Positions 19,240-29,412 of a stretch of DNA of 64,000 bases are shown here, piece by piece. Position 1 is the first letter of the stretch, and each line of letters opens with the position of its first letter. This DNA comes from Phycisphaerae bacterium. Lineage in GTDB: Bacteria > Planctomycetota > Phycisphaerae > UBA1845 > Fen-1342. A program made the translations under genes and the position numbers. The notes below the pieces were generated by a model, which saw only the letters and a program-made list of their open reading frames with translations, had not been told where the DNA came from and did not search any database. Where the stretch lies: assembly GCA_050115495.1 (NCBI GenBank), contig JASFQK010000026.1, forward strand, positions 1-64,000, given 5' to 3'.

Positions 19240-20964
19240 ATGACGGCACTGCATCGTCGATGGGCGGTCTTGTGGCTGGTGGTGTTGGCGGGGTTGCCGT
19301 GTGCTTGGGCGGAGGATGAGACGCCGACGGCGCGCGGCCGGTCGGGGATGGTGGCGACGGACAGCCCACTGGCCTCGCAGATCGGGGCGGATGTGCTGAA
19401 GGCGGGCGGCAATGCGTTCGATGCCGCTGTCGCCGCTTCGTTCGCCCTGGCGGTGACGCGGCCGGAGAGCACCGGTTTGGGCGGTGGGGGGTTCATGCTG
19501 GCCTACGTGGCCGCCCAGAAGCGGTTCATTGCCCTGGACTTCCGCGAGATGGCGCCGGCGTCGGCAACGGCGGAGCGCTACGCGAAGCTGCACGCCGAGC
19601 GAGGCGAGGGGCCGTCGCCCAGCATTGTGGGCGGCAATGCGGTCGGCGTGCCGGGGCAGGTCGCCGGTCTGTTCGAGATCAATCGGCGGTTCGGCTCGCA
19701 GCCGCTGGCGGAGCTGGTTCGGCCGGCGGCGGCGATGGCGGCGGTGGGTTTCCCTATCGACGCCCATTACCGCGACGCCGTCCGCGATACGCTGGAGGAA
19801 TACGACAAGCACCCGCAGCACAAGTACTGGTACGCCGCGCTGCGCAAGACGCTGCTATTCGACGGCAAGCTGCCGGCGGTGGGCACGATGCTGAAGCGGC
19901 CGGATCTGGCGGGGGCCCTGCGGATGATCGCGGATCGCGGGCCGGAGGCGCTGTACGAAGGCCCGATCGGCGAGGCCATCGTCGCCACCGTCAACAAGGA
20001 CCGCGGGGAGATGACGGCGCAGGATTTGCGCAACTACAAGGTCCGCGAGCTTACGCCGGTGCGGGCCCGTGTCGGTGAGTATGAGATCGTGTCGATGCCG
20101 CCGCCGTCGTCGGGTGGCGTGTGTCTGATCGAGACGCTGAACGTGCTGCACTGTGCGGCGGAGGATCTCGGCGGGTTGAGCAAGCTCGCCGGCGACGAGC
20201 GGTATCCGCCGCTGCTGGTGAAGGCGCTGCGGCATAGCTTCGCGGATCGGGCGCGTTGGCTGGGCGATCCGGATTTTGCGTCGATACCGGTCGACCGGCT
20301 GATCAGTGCGGACTACGGCTGTGAGTTGGCCAAGCGGCTCGATGCGCCGCTAGATGAGTGCGGCATGCGCGAGCTGCGCGACGACAGCGGCACATCGCAT
20401 TTCTGCGTCGCGGACGAGCAGGGCAACATCGTCGCGATGACCGAGACGGTCAACGGGACGTTCGGGTCGTACCTCGTGGCCGAGCCGTACGGGATCGTGC
20501 TCAACAACCAGATGGATGATTTCGCGACCGAGCCCGGCGGGGCCAATCTGTTTGGATTGGTGCAGGGTGATCGCAACGTCGTGGCACCGGGCAAGCGGCC
20601 GCTGTCGAGCATGAGCCCGACGATCGTGCTGCGCGACGGGCGGCCGGTGCTGACGCTGGGCGGCTCGGGCGGTCCGCGGATCATCACGGCCGTGCTGCAA
20701 GTGCTGATCAACGTGACCGAGTTCGGTATGCCGCTGGACGAAGCCATGGCGGCCGTGCGGCTGCATCACCAGTGGCGGCCGGATGAAGTGTATTTCGACC
20801 GCGAGCCACCGGCGGAACTGACGGCAATCCTCGAAAAGGCCGGGTTGAAGATGAGCGACAAGCGCCGCGGGGCCGCGGTGCAGGCGATTCAGTGGTTGCC
20901 GGACGGCACGCTGGTCGGCGGCAGCGATCCGCGCAAGGGTGGTCGGCCGGTTGGGTTGCCGTAG
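19240..20964 (+). CDS. ggt: Gamma-glutamyltransferase, secreted
   Basis: GGNAFDAAVA, DFREMAP, PPPSSGG, GTSHF, LNNQMDDF, KRPLSSMSP, SDPRKGG. Confidence 0.95.
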   Translation: MTALHRRWAVLWLVVLAGLPCAWAEDETPTARGRSGMVATDSPLASQIGADVLKAGGNAFDAAVAASFALAVTRPESTGLGGGGFMLAYVAAQKRFIALDFREMAPASATAERYAKLHAERGEGPSPSIVGGNAVGVPGQVAGLFEINRRFGSQPLAELVRPAAAMAAVGFPIDAHYRDAVRDTLEEYDKHPQHKYWYAALRKTLLFDGKLPAVGTMLKRPDLAGALRMIADRGPEALYEGPIGEAIVATVNKDRGEMTAQDLRNYKVRELTPVRARVGEYEIVSMPPPSSGGVCLIETLNVLHCAAEDLGGLSKLAGDERYPPLLVKALRHSFADRARWLGDPDFASIPVDRLISADYGCELAKRLDAPLDECGMRELRDDSGTSHFCVADEQGNIVAMTETVNGTFGSYLVAEPYGIVLNNQMDDFATEPGGANLFGLVQGDRNVVAPGKRPLSSMSPTIVLRDGRPVLTLGGSGGPRIITAVLQVLINVTEFGMPLDEAMAAVRLHHQWRPDEVYFDREPPAELTAILEKAGLKMSDKRRGAAVQAIQWLPDGTLVGGSDPRKGGRPVGLP

Positions 20965-20995
20965 CGATCGGCGAAACGAGCGGTTGTTGGCGTTC

Positions 20996-21070
20996 GACGT
21001 CGGCCACGGGGGGCCGACGCTACAGGACGCCGGGCGGCCGGCGACGCACCGGATGCAATCCGGTGCCACA
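20996..21070 (-). repeat. REP cluster
   Basis: GACGTCGGCCACGGGGGGCCGACGCTAC plus GCACCGGATGCAATCCGGTGCCACA. Confidence 0.85.
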
Positions 21071-21190
21071 GTTGAGGGACCGGGACGCGTCGGATGCAAT
21101 CCGGAGCGGCAGTCTGGGGACCGTGGCAAACGGTGGTTGGCGTGCTAGACTCTCCGCAAGGGCGAGTCTGGAGCAGACAAAGGAGCGATC

Positions 21191-21580
21191 ATGGCTGAAG
21201 AGATGCAGTGGCAACCCGGGACGTTCTGCTGGACCGAGTTGATGACCCGCGACGTCGAGGCGGCCAAGAAGTTCTACAAGGAGCTGATCGGCTGGAAGAT
21301 GACCGATCAGGCCGTCGCCGGGACGCCGTACACGACGTTCGCGCCGGAGGGCGCTGAGCGCAGCGTCGGCGGCATGATGCAGATGTCGGGTCCGCAGTTC
21401 GAGGGGCTCCCGCCGCACTGGATGCCCTACATCGCGGTGAAGGACATCGACGACTGCGCCAAGCGCTGCACGGCGCTGGGCGGCAGTATCCGCGTTCCGC
21501 CGACGGACATACCGAACGTGGGACGTTTCTGCGTGATCGCCGACCCGACGGGTGCGGTGATCTCGCTGTTCCAAATCTAG
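21191..21580 (+). CDS. VOC/glyoxalase family protein
   Basis: GTFCWTELMTRDVEAAKKFY...HWMPYIAV...VGRFCVIADPTGA; AGGAG. Confidence 0.92.
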   Translation: MAEEMQWQPGTFCWTELMTRDVEAAKKFYKELIGWKMTDQAVAGTPYTTFAPEGAERSVGGMMQMSGPQFEGLPPHWMPYIAVKDIDDCAKRCTALGGSIRVPPTDIPNVGRFCVIADPTGAVISLFQI

Positions 21581-21603
21581 CCGCCAGCCTGTTGAAGGGG
21601 GGG

Positions 21604-21680
21604 AAAAGGGGACAGGCCCCTCGCCGCGTTGGGTTTCTGTGGCCAGCAGATTCCTCGGGGCTCGGAGCCAGTCCCCTTTT
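21604..21680. repeat. ~78-bp MITE-like element with terminal inverted repeats, copy 1
   Basis: AAAAGGGGACAGGC...GGAGCCAGTCCCCTTTT; second copy at ~33975-34053. Confidence 0.75.
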
Positions 21681-21961
21681 CCACGGGCGCCTCAGCGCTG
21701 AGGCAGAAACCTGTGGGCTGCGCGGGCGACACGGGGTGGCCGCGAGGGTCCGGTAATGCTGCAATCCCCTGCCCGGCGCGCTGCTGCCGGCGCGGATTGC
21801 GGATTGTTATAGCGACGCTGGCAGACCGTCGCTAACCGGGGACCTGTCGCGTGCTGACCCGCGGTGTCACACCTTTGCGGGGCCGGCCCGATGTGGCGGA
21901 CGAGAGGGGTACCGCCGCAGGGTCTATGCTGCGCCACGTCCGCATTCCAGGGAGGTCTATC

Positions 21962-24475
21962 ATGAGAGAGCGTAGATTCGGCGTACGGGTGCTGTGCACC
22001 CTGGTTGGTGTTCTGGTTGCCGCGGCGTCGGCGCCGGGCGGGAGCATCGACCCGGGCCTGGAACAGATTCTCGCATCGACGCCGGATGATGAGGTCGTTT
22101 CGGCGCTGGTCTATCTGAAGGATCGCGTCGACGTGATGGCACTGAATGCTCAGCTCGGGGTGGAGCGCGTCGAGCGGTCGGCCCGGCACGAGATCGTCCT
22201 GCGCGCGCTGAAGGACAAGGCGCGGCTCACGCAGGTTGCGCTGGACGACCACCTCGCCGCCCTGGAACGTGGCGGGCACGTGCAGGACTACGCGAAGTTC
22301 TGGCTGGCCAACGCGATGCGTGTCGACACCACGCCCGCGGTGCTGCGGGAACTCGCTCAGCACCCCGACGTGGACGTCATCTACCCGAACTACCCCATCG
22401 AGCTGATCGAGCCGGTGGAGACCCGGCCGGCGCCGCCGACCGGTCCCAGCGTCGAACCGGGTTTGGTGGCGATCCGCGCCCCGGAAGTGTGGGACATGGG
22501 TATCACCGGGGCCGGCGTGATCGTGGCCACGATCGACAGCGGCGTGGACGCGGATCACCCGGCATTGTATCGCCACTGGGCCGGCGTCGCCGACCCGCGC
22601 TACATCGATCATCCCGAGTGGGCCTGGTACGACGCCCTGTACAGCACGTCGTACCCGCAGGACCTGTACAGCCACGGCACGCACACGATGGGGACCGTCT
22701 GCGGCGAGGTTCCGGGCGAGATCATCGGTGTTGCGCCGGGGGCGTACTGGATCTCCGCGTGCAGCCTCGCGCCGTCCACGGGGCGGTTCGTCGACAACTG
22801 CATCGTTTGCCTGCAATGGATCGCCGACCCGGACGGCGATCCGGCGACGTTCTGGGATGTTCCGCGCACCTGCTCCAACTCGTGGGGGTTGGGGGACGGC
22901 GACGTGGTGCCGACGTGCGACGAGCGGTTCTGGAGCTTCATCGACGCCTGCGAGGCCGCCGGCACAGTGATGGTGTTCGCCGCCGGCAATGACGCGTACT
23001 TCTCGTTTGGCCGGCCGGCCGACCGGGCCACGACGGCGTACAACGCGTGCGCGATCGGGGCGGTGGACGCGAACACGCCGGGCTGGCCGATCGCCGAGTT
23101 CTCGTCACGCGGTCCGACCGACTGCACGCCGGACGGCTCGCTGGCGATCAAGCCGGATCTTTCCGCCCCGGGCGTGGATGTGCGTTCGTCGATTCCGGGC
23201 GGCGATTATATGCTGGCCAGCGGAACGTCCATGGCCGCGCCGCACGTGAACGGTGTGCTGGCCCTGATGTACGAGGCCTGCCCGTACCTGACGGTCGACG
23301 AGGCCAAGCAGATTCTCTACGAGACGGCGGTGGATCTCGGCGAGCCGGGCGAGGACAACGATTACGGTTGGGGCATGATCGACGCGCTGGCCGCCGTCAA
23401 CCGGGCGCTCGAGGTGTGCAGTCCGCGGCCGCCGTACGCGTGGCCTGCGGAGTATGAGACCGACACGAACGAGCCGCTCACCATAACGTTGCGGGTGACG
23501 GACGACGGGCAGCCGGATCCGCCGGGGACGGTGGACCTCGTCATCGCCGAGCTGCCGGGTCATGGGACGTTGCGCGATCCTGGCGCGGACGTCATCACGG
23601 CGGTCCCGTACGTGCTGGTGGGGGGCGGCGATCAGGTCATCTACCGGCCCGATCCGTACTACCGTGGGCCGGACAGCTTCAGCTTCGTGGCCAACGATGG
23701 CGGTGAGCCGCCCGCGGGTGGCGATTCGAACGTCGCCGCGGTCACGTTGACGGTCGGCCTGCCGTGCGTGCTGTACTTCGAGCCACTTGCTGAGGATCCG
23801 GGCTGGTCGACGGAATGTGAGTGGGAGTTTGGGCAGCCGCTCGGGTTGGGCGGAGACGACTGGGGCTGGCCCGATCCGGATTGCGGGGCCGTTGGACTGA
23901 ACGTCTATGGCGTGAACCTGGAGGGTGACTACTACTTCCGCCCGAGCGGTCAGTGCTGCCTGACCACACCGCCGCTGGATTTCACGAACGCCTGGGACGT
24001 CACGCTGCGATTCCAGCGCTGGCTGAACACCGATTCCATGATTCGGGCGATGACGTGGATCGCTGTGACCAACGATGGGGAGACCTGGCACGACTTGTGG
24101 CATAACGGTCTGTGGGCGTACAACGACAATATGTGGCGTCCGTGGGAGTACGACATCTCCGAGTTCGCCGACGGGCAGCCCTCCGTGCAGGTTCGCTGGT
24201 GCTACCAGACGCATCCGATGGTGATGCCCATGTCGGGCTGGAACATCGACGAGATCGAGTTCCGCGGCATGTTGCCGGTGGAGTGGATTCCCGGCGATCT
24301 CGACGGCGACGCGGACGTGGATGGTGACGATCTCGCCATCTTCGCCGACTGCCTGACGGGACCGGCGAATCCGCTCGGCGGGACGTGTGGCCTGACGGAT
24401 CTGGACGGCGATGGGGATTGCGATCTGGCCGATTTCGTGCGGTTTCAGCAGGCGTGTGCCGGGCAGCCGCATTGA
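21962..24475 (+). CDS. Secreted S8 serine peptidase with Ig-like, beta-sandwich and dockerin-like domains
   Basis: IDSG, HGTHTMG, GTSMAAPHV triad motifs; GPDSFSFVAND; GDLDGDADVDGDD...DLDGDGDCDLAD. Confidence 0.92.
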   Translation: MRERRFGVRVLCTLVGVLVAAASAPGGSIDPGLEQILASTPDDEVVSALVYLKDRVDVMALNAQLGVERVERSARHEIVLRALKDKARLTQVALDDHLAALERGGHVQDYAKFWLANAMRVDTTPAVLRELAQHPDVDVIYPNYPIELIEPVETRPAPPTGPSVEPGLVAIRAPEVWDMGITGAGVIVATIDSGVDADHPALYRHWAGVADPRYIDHPEWAWYDALYSTSYPQDLYSHGTHTMGTVCGEVPGEIIGVAPGAYWISACSLAPSTGRFVDNCIVCLQWIADPDGDPATFWDVPRTCSNSWGLGDGDVVPTCDERFWSFIDACEAAGTVMVFAAGNDAYFSFGRPADRATTAYNACAIGAVDANTPGWPIAEFSSRGPTDCTPDGSLAIKPDLSAPGVDVRSSIPGGDYMLASGTSMAAPHVNGVLALMYEACPYLTVDEAKQILYETAVDLGEPGEDNDYGWGMIDALAAVNRALEVCSPRPPYAWPAEYETDTNEPLTITLRVTDDGQPDPPGTVDLVIAELPGHGTLRDPGADVITAVPYVLVGGGDQVIYRPDPYYRGPDSFSFVANDGGEPPAGGDSNVAAVTLTVGLPCVLYFEPLAEDPGWSTECEWEFGQPLGLGGDDWGWPDPDCGAVGLNVYGVNLEGDYYFRPSGQCCLTTPPLDFTNAWDVTLRFQRWLNTDSMIRAMTWIAVTNDGETWHDLWHNGLWAYNDNMWRPWEYDISEFADGQPSVQVRWCYQTHPMVMPMSGWNIDEIEFRGMLPVEWIPGDLDGDADVDGDDLAIFADCLTGPANPLGGTCGLTDLDGDGDCDLADFVRFQQACAGQPH

Positions 24476-24539
24476 GCGCGAACGCGGGAAACGCTGCTGA
24501 AGCGGAGCGGCGTGGCCGGGCCGCACGTTTGGGCGCAGA

Positions 24540-25145
24540 AAAGAAGGCCATGTCGGCACGAGTAACGCCGAACAGCGCGAGCGAAGCCGGCTCCGGCACC
24601 GGCTCGCAGAAGATCGTTCCGTTCCAGACACGCTCAATGTGCGGGTAAGTCCAGGGGGTGTTGGCTCCAAACCCAAGGGTGAGCGTCAGATCGTCATTGC
24701 TGTAGGGGCCCAGCGGACCGTTCGTGTAGCCGTGACCGGTCGTCTGGAAGTTCGGGTGATCGTGCTCGAGCACAATCGCCAGGCCCCAGCTCCCCAGCTC
24801 CAGCACGAAGTCTGTTATGTCCGTGTACGAAGGCTGGTCGATACCGGCCGTGATTCCCGTTCCCGTTGCCACCTGCTTCCAGAGTTCGGGGTATACCCAG
24901 TAGCCGTCGTTGGTGCCCTCGATCGCGTACACTTCGACTTCGAAGTTGGCGCCGTCAAAGGCGTAGACGCTCGTAGCGAGCGCAGTGATGTTCAATCCAG
25001 CCGGGTTGGTGACTTCCACGTCGAAGTAGACGCACCCGCCGTTTGCGCTCCTGTTGTTCTGGGCGTACAGCGTGGTGATCTCTCCTGCATAGCCCGCGGA
25101 TGCAATCAAGCATCCCGCCAAACCGATCGCCAGCAGTTTGTTCGT
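24540..25145 (-). pseudogene. Probable PEP-CTERM protein pseudogene
   Basis: Signal (T)NKLLAIGLAGCLIASAGYA begins with ACG after GGAG; VPEPASLALFG is not followed by a TM/basic tail/stop and reads through into the opposite gene; 3' boundary approximate. Confidence 0.6.
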
Positions 25146-25474
25146 CTCTACTTCTCCAGCAGTAAGAACTGCTCCTCTCGTCGCACCAAAACACCAGTGC
25201 GTCGATCTCATCCATACTTCACGGGGGGGACAGCATCGCGCGACCTGGCACACGAGCACACTTCCAGTGACCGACCGTGGAGTGAGGCGTGTTCCGGCGT
25301 TATCGCACGGTCCGCCGGGCGGTGTGTGTTGGCGCGATTGTTGCGGGGATAGAGTCGGCGGGGAATCGGCCTTCCGTGACTCCGGCCTCATTCCACACTC
25401 CCCCTGCTCACTCCAAGCAGTTCGCCAGGAGCACCGCATCGTCTCCCGGTGAACTACGTATGCACGGTAATGTA

Positions 25475-25521
25475 TTCTCGACGAGAAGTTAATCCTAATT
25501 GCGATTCAGAACTCGTCGAGT
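25475..25521. promoter_or_regulatory. Pair of palindromic CTCG-W-CGAG boxes in an AT-rich divergent intergenic region
   Basis: TTCTCG-A-CGAGAA (25475-25487) and ACTCG-T-CGAGT (25511-25521). Confidence 0.5.
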
Positions 25522-25617
25522 GTAGCATCATGCTGTTGGGGAACTTATAATCAGGAGAAGAACGTGTTGGGCCGCTCGTGCCGATCCAGATCGAAGGATT
25601 CCAACACAGGTGGTCCT

Positions 25618-26886
25618 ATGAGTGTTGGCGTGAAACGGGGCTCCGTCCGCGAGGCGTCGGACTACAACACGCGGATTGCCGCTGTCGGCCAGGAGTTGGC
25701 CGCTGCTTTCGAAGCTCTCCTCCAGGCCATGCCGGAGCAGCCGCGCCGACCCCAGACGCTCGCCCGCATTCTGGACATCGACAAGAGCGTCTCGCATCGG
25801 CTGGTGACCGCCATCCGCAAGGCGGATCCTCTCGCCACCGCTCATGTCATTCCCGGGCCCGGGCCGCTTCGACGGATCGCCCAGGCCGCGCGCAAGCGGC
25901 GCGTGCCGGTCTCGGTAGCGCAACGCGTCGATGACGCCATTGGCGCGTTCGAAGCCCTCATCCACCACGAAGGCGGCGACCGGTCCTCGCTCGATGCCAT
26001 CATCAGTGCTTCTCTGCCCAGCGCGCGGGAGGAGTACCAGAAGCTGGCCAAGCGCACGCTTCACCGCGGCGCACGCCAACTCAAGGGCACCTATGCTCAT
26101 GTGCACTTCACGGCCGATCTCCTGCATCCATCAGGCAGAGCCGGCTGGTGCGATCTCGCCGTACTTCAGGGCTTCCTCGGGCTCCGCCGCGTGCACCCCG
26201 AGGCGACGCTCCGCCTGGGTATCCTCGCCGGCTCCGCCAATTGCGCCGCCCGCCAATGTACGATGGAGCGCGAGCCGATCGCGGACGCGCAGCAGGTTCT
26301 GTGGCACCCGTACTGCTCGCAGCCTGAGGTCGAGCTGACGATCCACCGTTTCTCCGGCTCCGACGTCCAGGTCTATGAGCTGGCCTGGGGGAATGCTGTC
26401 GGCGCCGACTCGGTCCGCGATGTTGTCATGCGCAGCCTGACCACGGAGGCCACCCGTCGCCGTCGGTCGACCGACGATCCCCGTCAGCAGGCCGCGGTGA
26501 CCGAATTCGTGATCGTTCCCGCTCGCACGTTGGTCTTCGACGTGCTCCTGCACGAGGACGTCTATCGTGAAACACCGCCCCAACTGCTGATCCGGGAGAT
26601 GGGCGCTCTTGGCTGGAGCGATCCGAACGATCGCACGCGCGATCTGGACGTGCTCCCCTTGAGGGAGACCGTCGAGTCGCTCGGCACCGGCGTCAAGCGT
26701 TTCCGTGTTGACGAGATCCCCCACTACATCGACATGCTCGAGGAAGTCTGCCAGACGCTCGGCTGGGACTCGCGGAAGTTCCGCGGCTATCGCAGCCGTA
26801 TCGATTTCCCCATTCTGGGCACCGAGGTTCAGTACGTCCTCGATGTGCCGATCGAGCCGTCCTCGTCTCCCACAGGCCCAGGTTAG
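25618..26886 (+). CDS. Putative transcriptional regulator (N-terminal HTH-like, uncharacterised C-terminal domain)
   Basis: PQTLARILDIDKSVSHRLV has an HTH pattern; divergent from a secreted-protein gene. Confidence 0.65.
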   Translation: MSVGVKRGSVREASDYNTRIAAVGQELAAAFEALLQAMPEQPRRPQTLARILDIDKSVSHRLVTAIRKADPLATAHVIPGPGPLRRIAQAARKRRVPVSVAQRVDDAIGAFEALIHHEGGDRSSLDAIISASLPSAREEYQKLAKRTLHRGARQLKGTYAHVHFTADLLHPSGRAGWCDLAVLQGFLGLRRVHPEATLRLGILAGSANCAARQCTMEREPIADAQQVLWHPYCSQPEVELTIHRFSGSDVQVYELAWGNAVGADSVRDVVMRSLTTEATRRRRSTDDPRQQAAVTEFVIVPARTLVFDVLLHEDVYRETPPQLLIREMGALGWSDPNDRTRDLDVLPLRETVESLGTGVKRFRVDEIPHYIDMLEEVCQTLGWDSRKFRGYRSRIDFPILGTEVQYVLDVPIEPSSSPTGPG

Positions 26887-27014
26887 GCAGCACGCTGCCG
26901 TGCTTGTTCCGGTTACGCCGCGGAGTCCCGGGTTGAATTCAGATCGCTGACCGCCCCCGAAGCTGTGTAGGTTGATGCTGGGTGTGCGCGCCGCCTTTGC
27001 GCGCCGGCTGTGTT

Positions 27015-27840
27015 GGAGCATTTCACGTTATCGGTATCCGCAGTGGCGGAGGTGGTTGGCGCATTCGTCGGGCGTGAGGGCGTCGACGCACGTGCCGATC
27101 CGTTGCCAGAGCGCGTCGATCGTCCGTTCGCCGGCGCTCTGCAGGAGCCCCCACAGCTTGGCGAAAACTCGCTCGATCGGATTCAGGTCCGGCAAATGCG
27201 GCGGCAGATAGAGCACACGCGCTCTGACCGCTGTGATCACTTCGCGGACGCCGGCCACCTTGCGGACCGACAGGTTGTCCATGACAACGATGTCGTCGAC
27301 ACGCAAGCTCGGCACCAGGTGTTGTCGCACGTACGCCAGGAAGACCTCCCCGTTGATGGCACCGTCGATCACCAGCGGAGCGGTCAACCCATCGTGACGC
27401 CAAGTGGCCACGAACGTCGTCGTCTTCCAGTGCCCGTGCGGCGTCTTGTCCACCAGACGCGTGTGGGACGGACAACGCCCATAACGCCGAATCATGTTCG
27501 TTTTCGCCCAAGTTTCGTCGATGAACACGAGCCGTCGTGGATCGAGTCCGACTTGCAGTGCTTTCCAGTCGGCCCACTGCGCGGCGACGTCGCGGTCGAC
27601 ATGCCGTTCGCGGCCCGCACTCGATGGCCGCGGTCCCAACTCGCTTCTCTCGCCGGCGCTGTTTCCAGCGTCGTACGATGGCGGGATTGACCTGATGCTT
27701 CTCTGCGACGGCCTTGGTGCCCAGCCCGGCATCACAACCCGCCAGCACCCGCTTACGCGAATCAACCGAATACGCGCGCATTGCAACACCTCCTTGTGCT
27801 GCGATTACCCATAAACGCGTGCGCGCTCCCAGCGCTAGAG
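27015..27840 (-). mobile_element. IS630-family element remnant (split, internally deleted transposase)
   Basis: MRAYSVDSRKRV... (ATG 27781, AAGGAGG) out of frame with LVFIDETWAKTNM...VVMDNL...DLNPIE; ends approximate. Confidence 0.85.
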
Positions 27841-27897
27841 AAAAACGCAACAGGCTCTAACGTCCGGTTCTGAAACGTGGCCTTTCCCGCTGACAAC

Positions 27898-29151
27898 CTA
27901 CCAGTCGACCTGTGGCACCGGCGTGCCGGCGGCCACGGCGCTCAGGATGCGCTCGGTTCGTTCGGCGATGACGTTGCGGTCGAACCGCCGGGAGAGGGCC
28001 AGCGCGTTTCGCGCGATCTCCGCATGCCGCTTCGCGTTCTGAGCGAGTTCGAGGATCGCAGCGGCGACCTGGTCGGCGTTGCCAGCCTCGGCTGTTCGTC
28101 CGACGTCGTATTGCCGAACAAGCTGTTCCGCTTCGCAGCCGGCGGTCACGATCGCGGGCACGCCGGCGGCGAGCGCCTCGTAGAGTTTGGACGGCATCGT
28201 GACCGGAAGCGACGCCGCCAGCGGGATGAGACTGACGTCCATGCTGGCCAGGATGGTGGGCATGCGGGCCTTGGGCTGGTGCGGATAGAAAGCGATGTTC
28301 GTGAGGCCGGCGGTCTGGGCCCGCGCCATCAGGTCTTGCTTCGTCGGCCCATCGCCGACCATGACGAAGCGAATGTTGGGGTGGTCACGCAACCGGCTCG
28401 CCGCGTCAACGACGACTTCGAGACCCTGGGCCAGACCGTGCAGACCGCAATAGGCGGCGGCGAATTGCCCGGGCTTCACGCCGAACTCTGCGCGGATGTC
28501 CTCGCTGCGCCGGTCGGGCCGGAAGGACTTGGTGTCGACGCCGTTGGAGATGATGGCGCAGGTCAGGTCGGGGAAGCGGCCGCGGATCTGATCGACGGCC
28601 CCCGGGTTGGTTAGGGCGACGCAGGCGGAGTGCCGATAGGCCCAGCGTTCGAGGGCTTCGAGGAGCCGGATTTGCCGGGCACCACGCAGGCAGCCCATGC
28701 GAACGCCGATATCCGGCCAGATGTCGGAGACCATCAGCACCAATCGCGCTCGGAGCCACCAGGCCATCGGTACGCCGGAGAGGCTCAGGAACAGCGGCGG
28801 GCTCTCGACGATCAGCAGATCCTGCCGGCCGACGAACCAAGTGGCGAGCAGCAGCGACGAGACGACGAACGACATGTAGCTGGCCAGGCGCACGATGGGG
28901 TTGGCCGATTTTGACGGGAAGATCGCAGTGCGGACAATGTGCAGGCCGTTCCATTCCTCGCGGCGGAAGAAGCGTTCGACAAGGCCGCGGCGGTACTCGG
29001 GGAAGATCCGGCCGGTGGGGTAGTTCGGCATGGCGGTGATAATGGTGAACTCGTGGCCTTGGCGCTGCAGGTGGAGCGCCAACTCCGACAGCCGGGCCTG
29101 GGGCGCGCCCATTTCCGGCGGAAAGTACTGCGTGAGGATGGCGATCTTCAT
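27898..29151 (-). CDS. Glycosyltransferase family 4 (WbuB-like)
   Basis: MKIAILTQYFPPEMGA, MPNYPTG, SDIWPD, MPSKLYEALAAG. Confidence 0.92.
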   Translation of the reverse strand: MKIAILTQYFPPEMGAPQARLSELALHLQRQGHEFTIITAMPNYPTGRIFPEYRRGLVERFFRREEWNGLHIVRTAIFPSKSANPIVRLASYMSFVVSSLLLATWFVGRQDLLIVESPPLFLSLSGVPMAWWLRARLVLMVSDIWPDIGVRMGCLRGARQIRLLEALERWAYRHSACVALTNPGAVDQIRGRFPDLTCAIISNGVDTKSFRPDRRSEDIRAEFGVKPGQFAAAYCGLHGLAQGLEVVVDAASRLRDHPNIRFVMVGDGPTKQDLMARAQTAGLTNIAFYPHQPKARMPTILASMDVSLIPLAASLPVTMPSKLYEALAAGVPAIVTAGCEAEQLVRQYDVGRTAEAGNADQVAAAILELAQNAKRHAEIARNALALSRRFDRNVIAERTERILSAVAAGTPVPQVDW

Positions 29152-29412
29152 GGCTACTTTCTCCCCAGGTATTAACGGAGCAGGCGCGAGGCCAGGACAC
29201 CAGCACTGGTCTCCTCCGTTCCAGTGAGGTATCGGATGACGGACTCTTCAATACTATTATACCACACATTGTCGTTGTATGTCAGCCCGCGCAGCCAGCG
29301 GCGGGCGACGCCGCTGAAATGGCGTATTGAGTACCGTAGTGGGCTCACGCCGCGTACTCCGGGGAGATGTGGTACCATGGCCGCAGTGTGGGACGTGTAG
29401 GGGAACGTACGC

